From a virus: DNA of 64,000 bases. Below, in pieces: positions 40,544-52,700 of this stretch (position 1 is the first letter of the stretch; each line of letters starts with the position of its first letter). The translations under genes and the position numbers were made by a program. The notes below the pieces were generated by a model, which saw nothing but the letters and a program-made list of their open reading frames with translations, did not search any database and was not told the DNA's origin. The stretch spans positions 47,457-111,456 of the IMG/VR virus record IMGVR_UViG_3300005253_000015. One strand, 5' to 3'.

Positions 40544-41098
40544 TATTACCAGCCGTTATAATATCACGTAAATCTTCTGGTGTTAATTCTTGTGCTTTTT
40601 CGTATGCTATTATTTTATCCTTAAATTCTTGTAGTTCTTTATTTTCTTTAAGTATGTCCGTTATACATTTTCCATTATTAATATAGTAATCAACGAAATC
40701 TCTAATCGGTTTTTTCATTTCCTCAAGCATGGATTCTGGGACTCTGATTCCTATAACTTTAGTTACTTCTCCGTATTTATGTTTTTTTGCGATTATAATA
40801 CGCCTCTAAGACCTTTATTGCCTCATCAAGTAATTCTGCCCTTTCTCTCTGGTGTTGATTCATTATTGCGTATATAGTATCTTTTTTTTCAGCGTATTCG
40901 TTTTTCTCATCATCCCAAGTACCAGTAGTCCATCGACAATTACAATTGGCTCTGTACGTTCTAAGAATTCTTAAAGTATATTCTTTATCTGGAGTGGAGT
41001 CTATATGTAGAACGGGTTCTTGTGTCAATGGTGATAAATTAAATTTTTCAGCAGTTTCTATTAATGATTCTTTATCTGTCATTAGTGTAAATTTGATG

Positions 41099-41113
41099 TG
41101 TTAACTTTATAAA
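41099..41113 (-). promoter_or_regulatory. Conserved promoter motif TTTATAAAGTTAACA (copy 3) at a major divergent strand switch
   Basis: Upstream of 40777..41082; shares a GTAAACCATAA upstream element with copy 1. Confidence 0.65.
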
Positions 41114-42361
41114 TATTATGGTTTACCGTAAATTTTTAAATGCGTAAATCTAAGATTATGTATATAACATTATATTTTTAAAGCTTTAATAATGCCTCAG
41201 CCTAATATTACTACTGGTGATAGGTCTGCTAGAAGAGTAGCGGATGTTCTATTTACGGCATTAACACCTTCTAATGCGGATAAACTATGTGAGGCTATAA
41301 ATATTGCGGTGTGTGATTATAGGTTTGTTATATTGGATAACATGATTGATGACAGCCCAGACATATTTAATGCTAGTCTGAGAAGAACCCTTACCGATAT
41401 TGCCACTGCCTCTGATATGGCTCTGGGCGGTAAATGTGTTATTAAATGTAAACTAACACCCGAAGCTAGAGATGATTTAATAACAAGATTGGGACAAGTA
41501 TGATAGAAATAAAAAAGGAAATTGAAATAGAAGATATTAAGAACGAGGTTGTTGATGTTAAGGAACTAAGAAAGCTCCTACGGGATTTTATGTTATGGTA
41601 TGACGGCTATACTCGTGGAGAACCTACACCAATAAGAAAGTTAATTACTCTATATGTAAATATTGAGACATTACTTTTTGGAAAAATAAAAACACCTTCA
41701 TGGAAATAACATTATAGAAAGAAAAAATGTCTTTCATCATAATTCTTTTTTTTATATTTTAAAACTTTCTTAAGTTCACTCTTCACTTCTCTAGAAATAT
41801 AGTCTTTTAAGGTTAAAAATACCCTTTTCTCGATATTTTTTATCTCTAATTCATCTAATTGTATCATCGAAAAAATGATGGTTTAAAATACGTTTAAATG
41901 AATGGTCTGAAATAGTTTACTAATATGTATAGAAAGGCTTAAAAAGTTAATATCCAATTTAATAATTACTATGAACGAATTAAAAGATAAGTTGGAAGAA
42001 TTTTTTTTAAAGGTATTAGAAGAGAATATAGCGGATGATATTTATATTCTTTTATAACACTCATATTTTTTAACTTTTATTTAATTATTATGTTTTTTAT
42101 AAATAATGTTAATAATGCACATCTTATAAAAGTTTAGGAGTATAAGAAATTACTAAAGTGTCATACCCTTTCATCATATTTATAAAGTGTATATCTTTAT
42201 TATTAATTGAATAATATGGTATCAATTAAGATAAATGACGACTTAATTAAGAAATTAAAGGATAAATGGCTTGAAATACATACTTTAGATACTGATAAAA
42301 AAATTACTCATATTATTATTGAAGTTATAAAAAAATATATTTTAAATAAAGGTGAAAAATC

Positions 42362-42685
42362 ATCGCAAAAAGACCAATAGACCATGATAAATCGGCTTTT
42401 GTTAATAAGCAGATAAATTCTAATTTAAAACTTAAATTTATAGATGGTAGGATTAATGAAACAAAAAAAGAGGGTGTCAAGGATGTATTGAAGATTACTC
42501 TTGTCAATCCTAATGATGGAATTACCGTCATATTAACGGGTAAGAAGGCTACTCATATAGCTAGGGAATGGGATAGACGAATGTTTAGTTCAAAAGAGCC
42601 TATTCATATGGTACTTTCAATGCCCACCATCAAGCAAAGACATATAACCGATAAATTTAATGGTGAAGAAGAACAAGAGGAATAG
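42362..42685 (+). CDS. Hypothetical protein, probable non-AUG (ATC) start
   Basis: AAGGTGA RBS then ATC GCA AAA AGA; open and in frame with the track ORF 42488..42685. Confidence 0.45.
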   Translation: MAKRPIDHDKSAFVNKQINSNLKLKFIDGRINETKKEGVKDVLKITLVNPNDGITVILTGKKATHIAREWDRRMFSSKEPIHMVLSMPTIKQRHITDKFNGEEEQEE

Positions 42686-42687
42686 TC

Positions 42688-42915
42688 ATGACAAAAGTGC
42701 CTAAGAAGATACCTATTGGTACTTCTCTTCTTGAAGAAGATAGAATTAAGCTTGAGGCTTTGAAGGAGAGGTCTTATATCAAGTCTATAGCTGAGGGTAT
42801 TAGAAGGGCTACTAATGAATGGCTACACAAACCAGAAGTCGTTATTAAACTTAATGAAGATGTTAATCAAAAAAGGATTGTTGATTATGCCCGAAAACAA
42901 AAGAAAGACCAGTAG
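42688..42915 (+). CDS. Ribbon-helix-helix protein
   Basis: IGTSLLEEDRIKLEAL...SIAEGIRRATNEWL. Confidence 0.65.
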   Translation: MTKVPKKIPIGTSLLEEDRIKLEALKERSYIKSIAEGIRRATNEWLHKPEVVIKLNEDVNQKRIVDYARKQKKDQ

Positions 42916-43059
42916 TGATGCTATAGCGTCTCTGGAAGAGGCATATAAAAGATTAGCTGAGAAATATAAAATTGTTATAAAGACTCTGGACTTGATTGGA
43001 AGTAAATTAACTGAAATACAAAAAATTATACCAGAAACTATAAGTGAGTTAATGGAATT

Positions 43060-44121
43060 ATGACTGACCAGAAATTAGCAATATTAGAAGTAAAGGTAGA
43101 TGTCCGTGAACCAGATGATACTCTCGAAAAAGTTTTAACATTTTGTCCGTTAGCTAAAAGAGAGCAGCTGGAGATTGGTGATATCGTCTATAAACATGTT
43201 GCTATAGAACTTAAATCTTGGGTTGATTTCATTAATGCCTTTACATCTAGGAGTGATGATAGATATAGAAGGCAATTATATAATTTTCTTATCAATAAGG
43301 AAATTGAAGGTTATTATGTTATTTATGGGGATTGGGAAGAAATTAATGATTACTCTCATGTAAAAATGACAGCTGTATTAGGAGCAATTGCTTCAATCCA
43401 AGCCCGTTATGGTATGAGATTAATGATTTTACCTAATAAGGATTATGCTATCTATACTTCTCTTAAAATAATTGAGAAGACATTTGACCATAAAGATGTT
43501 AGACCAGTTGTTTATAAAGTTGGCACGGATGAGAGGGCTATAGATATGCTCGTTGCTGCTGGTAATCGTATTGGTAGTAGTGATGCCATTAGATTACTTA
43601 GCCATTTCAAGACAGCTAAAAATGTAGTGAATGCCACATCTAAACAATTACAAGAAGTTAAAAAGGTTGGTAAGGTTAAGGCTGATAATTTAATAAAAAC
43701 ATTTAATTATGATTTTAAAGCTAAAAAAGATTTCGAAGATAATATGAACGATTTATCAGAGGAAGCTCCAAAAAAAGAGGAGAAAGTAGAGAAAAAAGCT
43801 CCTAAAAGAAAACCGCCTATAAATAGAGTTATAGAAGAGGCAATACCAATTGATGTAGAAATGGATATAGATATTATTGATATTGAGGCTGATAGGGTAG
43901 ACTTCATAAAAGAGCATTATAAAGATTTTGATAAGCAGAAAAGGCTTGTTATGGAAGCTATAGACATGTATACTAAGAAAATAAAAAAGCCAGTTCCTTT
44001 AGCAAATCTAGTTAGTGCTCTTCCAACGATTGGTAAGGAAAGAGTATTTGAGGTAATACAAGATTTAATTAGAGAGTCTATGATATATGAGGCTGAAAAG
44101 GATAAATATGAAGCATTCTAA
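43060..44121 (+). CDS. xpf: XPF/ERCC4 structure-specific nuclease with HhH2 and a C-terminal wHTH-like domain
   Basis: VDVRE...LEIGDIV...IELKS..DF...RYRRQL; ATSKQLQEVKKVGKVKA HhH. Confidence 0.88.
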   Translation: MTDQKLAILEVKVDVREPDDTLEKVLTFCPLAKREQLEIGDIVYKHVAIELKSWVDFINAFTSRSDDRYRRQLYNFLINKEIEGYYVIYGDWEEINDYSHVKMTAVLGAIASIQARYGMRLMILPNKDYAIYTSLKIIEKTFDHKDVRPVVYKVGTDERAIDMLVAAGNRIGSSDAIRLLSHFKTAKNVVNATSKQLQEVKKVGKVKADNLIKTFNYDFKAKKDFEDNMNDLSEEAPKKEEKVEKKAPKRKPPINRVIEEAIPIDVEMDIDIIDIEADRVDFIKEHYKDFDKQKRLVMEAIDMYTKKIKKPVPLANLVSALPTIGKERVFEVIQDLIRESMIYEAEKDKYEAF

Positions 44122-44238
44122 AAAAAATAAGCATTTTAAAAAGTTTAATATCCCCAAAATCGTTTCTAATATAGATAAGGGTATTATTATCGGAACATTA
44201 AAAAAATAATATAAATACATGATAAAAAGGGTGTTATA

Positions 44239-44460
44239 ATGGGAATAGGGATAAAGGAAAAGTCGACATTTAAGACTTATGACCAAATGTTATTAGACAA
44301 GTTAGAAGAGATTGGTAAATCTACATTATTAGAGTGGGCTAAAGCAATGGGGTATGATTATTCTAATACTATGGCAAAGTTTGCCAAGAATTTATCTGAT
44401 AGATTGATTATAACACGCTATAAATCAAGAAGAGTAAAATATTACGAGGTTAAGAAATAA
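44239..44460 (+). CDS. Winged-HTH protein
   Basis: STLLEWAKAMGY...RRVKYYEV. Confidence 0.55.
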   Translation: MGIGIKEKSTFKTYDQMLLDKLEEIGKSTLLEWAKAMGYDYSNTMAKFAKNLSDRLIITRYKSRRVKYYEVKK

Positions 44461-46106
44461 TGGGTCTCCTTACATTAATATGTGTGGGGACATTGTTAAT
44501 AGTTAATATATTTCAGGATTTTCCAGAGGATTAAAAATGAAGTTAGAAAATGTTAGAAAAATATTGGATATCAGCATAACTTATGAAGATTTATTAATGT
44601 ACACAAATGCTATAAGTACCATCATTCCTCATATTAATGGAAATGGTTTGGAAGAGGTAATAAATAGATTAAAAAGACTTACTTTAGAATTAACAAAAAT
44701 AGTGACTAATGTGAGGGATTATGAAAGATGATTAGTATTAGAGTAGATGGAATGATTACATGCGATTGTGATAAATGTTTTTATATCATACACTTAAAAG
44801 ATGATAATGATAATAATATAGTAGATGCTTTGGGTATGAATTTCCATTTCTTTAAGCAAAAGGGTAAGGTTGTACATAAGTGTTTATGCAAAAAACATTC
44901 TATTGAAAAAGATAAAATATCAATTTCTCGTGAAGATATAATGAAGATTGTACAAAATATAAGGAAGTTCTCTAGTAAAAATACTGAGTTTAAGGGAGCA
45001 GGAATATCCCTAAATATAAGAAAGATTTTTGGTGAAAAATTGAGATTATAATTAAAATAAAAGAGTTGCAAAATGAAATGAAATTAGAAAGTGTTGATAA
45101 GATATTAAATGTTAGTATAAATGCTAAGGCTTTATCTAATAGTGTCTCAGCTTTACAAAGAATTATTAGCCATTTAGAAGGGGATAGTAACGAAGATATG
45201 AGAAGAGATTTAAAAAATTTAGAGGACTTCTGTGGGCGATTAGATAAAATGCTATTAGATGCGAGGGATTATTAAAATGGCAAAAGAACCAGATATGATT
45301 ATACATCTTAATAATGAAAAAATATTTACTAAAATGGAAACGGTAATAGCGAAAATATCATTTTCAAAACGTAATTCAAATGATACAAATATACTATTAT
45401 GTGGTGTCATAGCATTATTAGTTGATATAGATAAAAATTTACGGAAATTAATAGGTGAATAATAATGGCAGAAAAAAAGACTACAATACATAAAATAAGC
45501 ACTCTTGATGATGCTATATTTATATATGAACCCAATAAGCCTAATAGCGATTTAGAGGATATTGTGATTCAATTTGGGCATGAACCAGAGTTTATTGAGG
45601 AATCTAAGGCAACTTATGTTGATATATATCTTAGAGATATTCCATATTTCTGTTCTAAGTTATTAGAAGTATATCATAAATCAATGAAAATAATAAGAAA
45701 TAAAAAAGAGGTAAAATAGTATGAGCATAGATAATATAAATGAAAGATTAGATTTTGTAGAAAGATTTGATAAATTAAGTCTCGATGGAAAGAAAGCTTT
45801 TATATTATTTCAACGAACATCATTATCAAATTATAATTTTGGGGAGATTGAAGACCAAAGTAATGCAGAATTTGGTAGATTTCTTAGAGATGTTTTAAAG
45901 AATCAGAGAGAAATGATGAAGTATAAAGTTCAAGAATGGTATTTAAAATTGAGAGATATGGAATTACAATATGACCCTCTTACTGATTATGATAGATTTA
46001 AAAATGATGAAAAGACTTTAAAAGATATTATTGAACAGATGGGGGTCTGGGCTGGTAATGAAGAATGTATAAATAAACAAGTTGATGAAATAAGGGGTAA
46101 AATATA

Positions 46107-46859
46107 ATGGCAGAAGGACATAATTATCAATTATTAACGGCAATAGTAAAAATTGTACGACCTAAGAACTCCCCAGTTCTAGGAATCGCTGATGGTATTG
46201 GAAAGTTTATGTGGCTTCCAACTGATAAGATTATTATATCACATCCACAACAATTTGATGTATGGCAAACGACTATATTTGCTATTGACCATACTTGGAA
46301 GATTACTTGGAAGGAAGAGCAAAACTGGGAGCAATATAAAAATACATACTCAAATACTAAACCAATTATACAACCAGTACCTTCAATGTTTATACAACAA
46401 ACCGTACCACAAGCACAAATGCCACCTACTCAATCAACAATGCCCATAAATCAACCGATTGTTCCGACTACAGCAACTCAACCAGCCAACCACCCAGAAC
46501 CATCAACCACAACTGCTCCACCAAATATGTTTCAACCATCACAAACAATTCCAGAACCACTTCAAGGCTCGATTCCTAATACATCATCGGATAGTATCAT
46601 ATCACCCCCACAAGTGGGAAAAGATGTTTATTTAGCAATAATAGCGAATGAATTAACATCAATTAGAAAATTGTTTGAGTTGTTTATAAACCCGCCTAAG
46701 TTAATCACTGCTGATGAATTAGTGGTTGAGAATATGAAAGTAAAAACTATGGAGCAAATAACAGAGGAGTTTGGAGCACCCCCTGCCGAAGAAGAGGCAC
46801 TTATTAATAAGCAGTTAGAGAGTAAAACTAATAAAGGCAAACTACCAAATATATTCTAA
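46107..46859 (+). CDS. Hypothetical protein with a long Pro/Gln/Thr linker
   Basis: Beta-rich N-domain, PQ/PT low-complexity centre, helical C-terminus. Confidence 0.65.
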   Translation: MAEGHNYQLLTAIVKIVRPKNSPVLGIADGIGKFMWLPTDKIIISHPQQFDVWQTTIFAIDHTWKITWKEEQNWEQYKNTYSNTKPIIQPVPSMFIQQTVPQAQMPPTQSTMPINQPIVPTTATQPANHPEPSTTTAPPNMFQPSQTIPEPLQGSIPNTSSDSIISPPQVGKDVYLAIIANELTSIRKLFELFINPPKLITADELVVENMKVKTMEQITEEFGAPPAEEEALINKQLESKTNKGKLPNIF

Positions 46860-47379
46860 GGTAATAATTTTTGAGTATGAAAAAATCTAAATCGTATGAA
46901 AAATTAGAACAAGAAAAGCTTATATTAGAAGGAGAACGATTCTCCGTTATAAGGAATTGTGTAATTAATAAGCTTGAATTATATAATTGTCAGAATTGTT
47001 TGATTTTATCAAATACTTTAGGACGGTTATATATTGGAGATAAAATCCCAGATTTTAATGATAAGAGATTCTTTAGAAAGATTCGGAGAAAGCGTTATCG
47101 CAATAAGTATGGAAGTAATAATAATATTATTACTAATAATATAGTAAAAGGATATGATATAATATAATGTTAGAATATTGGAATGTTTTTTTGGCTTTAG
47201 GGGTAGTAATGTTTTTTGCTATAATGTTTTTTACAGCATTTTTACCATCTTTAAGTGATATGAAATTCAGATTTCGATTTATATATAATATGGGATATCT
47301 ATTCCTATGGGTAAGTTTCATGCTCTTAATATGGGGTAGTATTGCCGAGACATTCTTTTGACTGATTGGAAAGTAATAT

Positions 47380-48717
47380 TTATCGCCTTACTCCACGCCC
47401 AATCCGTGCTTGTTGTTGTTTTCTTCTTTGTTCTTCTCTAAGTTTTTCATCTCTAAGCATTTTTTCTCTGGCTGCTTTATCTCTGGCTTTTTTAGCTGCG
47501 ATTGCTTTTGCTCGTGCTTGTGCTGCTCTCTTAGCCTCGTTCTGTTGTTTTGGGGTGAGTGGCGATACACCTATTGGGGGCTTTGCTCCTTGTGGCATTC
47601 TTGCTGCTGGTGGTGGTGGTTCTACTGGTATAACTCTTCCCCCTCGTACTCTTATCACTTGTGGTTTCGGTGCTGTTTCTACGACTGCTTGTTTTTTTGC
47701 TGTTTCTATTGCTTTTAATACTTGTCCAGCTCCTCCATTAATTCTAGCAGACATATTCTGAAACATTTTATTAAAATTAGATAAGAAGGCATCCATATCA
47801 GTATCAATATTAACTCCAGTAGCTTCTATTTGATTTGCTATGTTAGTGGATTTAGTTTTTATAGTATCACCAAAAGATTTAAAATTAGTTTTTAATGTAT
47901 CAAAAGCATCTCCGATTTGTTGGTATGCTTCCATCATTTCTGGTAATGCTGCCCCTGCCCCTGCTGGAGCGTTAGGTGGAGTTAGATATAATAAATATGC
48001 TACAGAATAAAAAGCATCAATCCCCATAGCAATAAAGTCTAGCCTTCTCGCATGATTAGGTATCCTTCTTGCCCAATTAGCAGATTCTATTATTGCTGGT
48101 TTTATTTCTGTTACGGCATCATTCATCTGTGTGGCAACACCTCTAATACCATCACTTAATGCTGTTGTTTTTTCTTTAATGTCAGTTCCAAATGAAATAA
48201 AATTATTTTTCATCTTATTTAACTCAGTACTTATAGTATCGGAAAGCTTCTTGCCTTGATTAGCAACTACACTAACGTCATTTCTTACACCATCACCTAC
48301 AGATATAAAAGTATCCTTCATTTTTGTTATAGGTGGCATAACATTTCTATCTACAAACCCCTTAATTTCGACCTTCATTTTAGTTAATAGGTCTGGTACT
48401 ACTACAGTATTAAGATGGTTTTCTATCTGTGCAGGGAGTGCCTTTATTTCATCTCTAGCGGCAATTATTTTATCATGTATAGTTGTTATTTCAACTTTAA
48501 GTTTTTCAAGTTTTTCGATATTTTCAGTTATACTAGCAAGATTTTTTATTATAGTAGGATTGGCATCACGTTCTTTCCATGACTCTATTGCTCCGAGCCT
48601 AGCAGAAATAGTACTTATATCTTCATATCCTGTTCGTACTCTTGTAATGATTTTTGGAGCTTGTTGATTACCCTCTTTATTATAAATAGCATTCTTAAGT
48701 TTCTCTATATAAGTCAT
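47380..48717 (-). CDS. Long helical protein with a central hydrophobic segment and basic tail
   Basis: KxxFxS(V/F)G repeats x3; FIAMGIDAFYSVAYLLYLTPPNAPAGAGAAL; Arg/Lys-rich C-terminus. Confidence 0.7.
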   Translation of the reverse strand: MTYIEKLKNAIYNKEGNQQAPKIITRVRTGYEDISTISARLGAIESWKERDANPTIIKNLASITENIEKLEKLKVEITTIHDKIIAARDEIKALPAQIENHLNTVVVPDLLTKMKVEIKGFVDRNVMPPITKMKDTFISVGDGVRNDVSVVANQGKKLSDTISTELNKMKNNFISFGTDIKEKTTALSDGIRGVATQMNDAVTEIKPAIIESANWARRIPNHARRLDFIAMGIDAFYSVAYLLYLTPPNAPAGAGAALPEMMEAYQQIGDAFDTLKTNFKSFGDTIKTKSTNIANQIEATGVNIDTDMDAFLSNFNKMFQNMSARINGGAGQVLKAIETAKKQAVVETAPKPQVIRVRGGRVIPVEPPPPAARMPQGAKPPIGVSPLTPKQQNEAKRAAQARAKAIAAKKARDKAAREKMLRDEKLREEQRRKQQQARIGRGVRR

Positions 48718-48765
48718 AAGTAAAGATTAGATTGGAAACATAAAAATTTAGTGTTAAAAAAAAGA

Positions 48766-49749
48766 TTATAAAAATTGTTTGAAATGGACTTTAAATATAT
48801 CTCTTATACAGTATGCTGATACATTAGTTATTTTTGCTAATTTATTTTGTATCATAATAGTTTTTACTTTATATTGTTTAGATAGTAATAACCCAGCGAA
48901 GTATACACAAGCAGCTGAAGTATCAAAAGGATTAAGACTTCTTTTTCCGAAATATTTCTCCGTTTTATCACATATACAATAACATAATGATTCTAATTTA
49001 GAAATATATTTTTCTGGTTTCATAGAAAGTTTTTTTGTTTTTAATCTATTTTTAATATAATCTATGTTATTACTAAGTGCTGCGATTTGACGAGCAATAT
49101 AGTCTCTCATATTCTTAGGACTGGTTTTTCTCATTCCTTTTTTATATAATGTCTCACGATATATACATCCGTCTCTTATGATTGATTTTCCATTTACTCT
49201 ATGACCAGTTTTCCTAAATATCTTCAGTATTTCTTTCAATGTTGTTTTATACTTAAAGTGCCTAATACTATCCCACAAACAGAAACATAAACAAGATACT
49301 CTATTAATTATATGAATTTCTGTGCTGTTAATTTTTTTATACCTAATTGCACAATCATTTAGTATATAATATGGTAAATCGAGAAGAAATCCTACTTTAT
49401 GTAATATCTTTAGAGTATTATTTACTTTTAGATGTTCTTTACTAAGAAATAACACATTCATTCTCTTCAATCTCCTAAATTTTGAGAGGTTTTTCACTCC
49501 TTTTAATGATTCTTTATCAATATGAATGATAGTTCCTAACCCGTCATAATAGCTCTGTTGGTATGGACTACCTACATATTGCCTACTAAATCTGCTTTTT
49601 TGTGTATATTTCCCCGTTGTAACCATAGAATTCACATAATGTTCTCCTATTTCAAGACCACATTGTTGACATACTATTTTGCCACTTATTATTATCTCTC
49701 TCATATGGTCGCACGTATGTTCTATAGCTCCTAAAATTGATTGGTTCAT
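48766..49749 (-). CDS. tfb: Transcription initiation factor TFB/TFIIB homologue
   Basis: Zn ribbon C.H...VCQQCG, DGLGTII, RRLKR, two cyclin-like repeats (AACVYFAG...QNKLAKITNVSAYCIR). Confidence 0.85.
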   Translation of the reverse strand: MNQSILGAIEHTCDHMREIIISGKIVCQQCGLEIGEHYVNSMVTTGKYTQKSRFSRQYVGSPYQQSYYDGLGTIIHIDKESLKGVKNLSKFRRLKRMNVLFLSKEHLKVNNTLKILHKVGFLLDLPYYILNDCAIRYKKINSTEIHIINRVSCLCFCLWDSIRHFKYKTTLKEILKIFRKTGHRVNGKSIIRDGCIYRETLYKKGMRKTSPKNMRDYIARQIAALSNNIDYIKNRLKTKKLSMKPEKYISKLESLCYCICDKTEKYFGKRSLNPFDTSAACVYFAGLLLSKQYKVKTIMIQNKLAKITNVSAYCIRDIFKVHFKQFL

Positions 49750-52700
49750 AATTTTCTCCCCCAGCAGAGCCTTACCACCGTTATATCTTTCTCTAGCTTT
49801 TTGACATTTTTATAGCCAATCTCTTTATTACCTACATACCCATCTTCTAAATGCTTAATATACGCATGTTTACCAGATTGGATGAGTACTTTAATTTTAT
49901 GTCTGCCTCTAAAATGTCTGATATCACTCATTATATTATATCTTTATCGTTTTTGAACATTTTTTGCAATAGGTACAGTTCTTACTTTTTATATACAAAT
50001 CATAATGAAGATTCTGTCCATGATTTATCATACGTTTATTACATTTAGGACATCTTTCAAATCTTATCTTAAGAAACCATTTCATTAATTCTCACCATTT
50101 CGGATACTTATTTTCTTTATAAGATTCGAGTTCTAAACTATCTCGTTCATCCGAATCTATAATGTTTTTATTCTCAAGTATTTTGAGTAATTTATGCCAT
50201 TTCTGCTCTAATTCTTTCATATTATCAATTAAACTTAATTTCCCTCATTATCAATTCATAAATTCTATTTCTCTGTCTTATATTAGAAGAGGGATACATA
50301 CATTTGAAGTCTGTATAAAGAATATTAAATTCCCCTTCGTCAATTTTAATCATATATGATATCTTAAATTCATTATAAGGATTATAACTCACAATTTTTT
50401 ACCTCTTGCCTTTATTTCTTGTAGAACCTTAGTCTTTAAATGCTGTCGATTAGGCATTTCATATATCTCTTTTGACACTTTATCTAAGTCAATCCTATAC
50501 TTACATGATAGGCATGTATACTTCCGAGTTCTCTCTAACCCTTTAGTGCTATAACGCCATGTATGGCACTTGGGACATCTGAAGAAAGCTACACGCATAA
50601 TCTATACACCCCCCTTATCAAAACCAATTAACTTCATGATATCTTACCGAATATATTTTTACAACTCATACATAAATGTATATCAATGTTCCAAGTATAA
50701 TCATCTTTTGTTCTATAACCTTTTTCAATTCCAGAGGTATTTCTTAATAGAATACTCTTATCATTGTTACATACTGGACAACTCATATAATACTCCTCTA
50801 TTATTTTTTATTTCTCAGTTTTTCTAAGTATTGAACTAAAACCCATTTAGATAATTTAAAATCTTCACATTCAAAGCCTAATAATTCTGAAGTTATTTTA
50901 TTATCAATTTCACATACATCTTTAGTTTTGTATTTCTCTATAAAGAAAGTATCTTCTAAATGCTTTTTACATAATTCACAATTTATAGGTATCATATTAT
51001 TGCCTCAATATCCTCTTTATATAGATTTATGACCTTTTCTATTAATAACCTCATGGGCATAATATATTCTGTAGCTCTAAGTATTAACATTTCCCTACTT
51101 CTATCCATCCCCCAGTCTTCTTTATGGATTTTCAATGTTTTATTAAGGAGTCTCGTTAGGTCGTTCCAAGCCTCATATAGTTTAGCCATCACTTCTACTC
51201 GACCAATTATCTCCTTAGTTGATTGTGGTCTATGAATCATTATTTATTGCTCCTAATTTTATTATTCCACCATAGTCACATTGAGGACATTCATACAAAC
51301 AAGCAATCTGGGTTATAATTAAAAAAGGTTTTCCTATTTCACATTGTACCTCACACTTAGGACATAAACGTGGTGAGGGTTTAATTACCTTAATTTTCTT
51401 AATTTCTTTTTTAGTTAACTTCATTTAAATCCCCTAAATTCTGGTCTTATAGTTTCTATAGACTCTTTCATCACATTTTTTATATCCCATCCTAAATACA
51501 CAATATTAGTATTGAGTGCCTTTATTGATGAATCTATATTATCTAAAGCTCGAATTAATGCTTTCTTAAATAATAAATCCTCATTAAGAAGATATGATTC
51601 CATATTGTTAAGATATTTATGTATCTCACTCATTTTTAATCCCCAGTGTTTTATATAATTCTTCTACACCTTTTCCATATATATGATAAATCGCAAGTGG
51701 AAATATCTGAATAATGCCTTTATATTTCATTGTATGTTTAAAGCATTTATTTAATGCGTCTTGTACCTTTTTTTTATATTCGCTCTCGGATTTCTTAATT
51801 GTATTTTCTATGAGTTCTTTTAATATTTCCTTCTTATGACCTAAAGAATGTATTTTACATTTCGGAATTAATCTATTGGCATAATGGTACATTTTGTCCA
51901 GTTCTTCCATTATTTTCATTAACTCTATATCATTCATTTTATTTTCTCGAATTTGTAAAATTTAGTTATTGGATTAAATTTAACATAATAATTATTTGGG
52001 TCTTTCAAAAAGTTTTTAATTTCATCTAAAATTTCTTTTTTAACGGTTTTTACGTCCTTTTTTCTGCACTTTATACAGCTCTCCATTTCTTAAAACCACC
52101 TTCCTATTGTTTTTTTTTATATCATGTTTCTTTACATGATTCCAATTTTTAATACCACCTCACATTTTAAAATTAAAAAAAAAGGGATTTAAATATATTT
52201 TCTTACTATACTAATTGCTCCCCGTATCTGCCCCGTTTCTTCACTACTAATATTATCTATTCTCTTAGATATTCTAATGAGTATATTATCAACCAATACT
52301 TTCTCTCTGTCACTAAGATGTTGATATAATGTATTAGCAAATCTACTAGCAAAACGAGCCTCTTTTCCTTTAGGATGTTTACTAAATTCTATAAGTACCA
52401 ATTCATTCACTAACCATTCAAAAAAGTCTTTAGCTCTCATTTATGTTGAAACATCTCCGTATTTATAATCCCTAAATCAATTAAATACCATATCTGTGAA
52501 CGCAATGGTCTTGTATCTTTTTTATGTTTATCATTAATAGCCTCTCGTAATGTTTCAAAATTGACTTCTTCGATTTTATTAATAAATTCCATAATCTCAC
52601 TTTCGCAGCTGAAACATATTATATTCGATTTCTTATCATACCACAGCTTCCACGCATTGTATTTATCATCTTTTTTGTGACGACCTATAAAACATTTTTT

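Noticed and set aside
44464-44492. Hairpin GTCTCC...GGGGAC as an ncRNA
   Set aside because: Short, with several G-U pairs and no further structure; at most a terminator or processing stem
47366-47761. Cys/Phe-rich plus-strand ORFs (47366..47761, 47410..47718) as further Cys-rich peptides
   Set aside because: Antisense to the Lys/Arg/Gln/Ala-rich tail of 47380..48717; composition is a codon-mirror artefact
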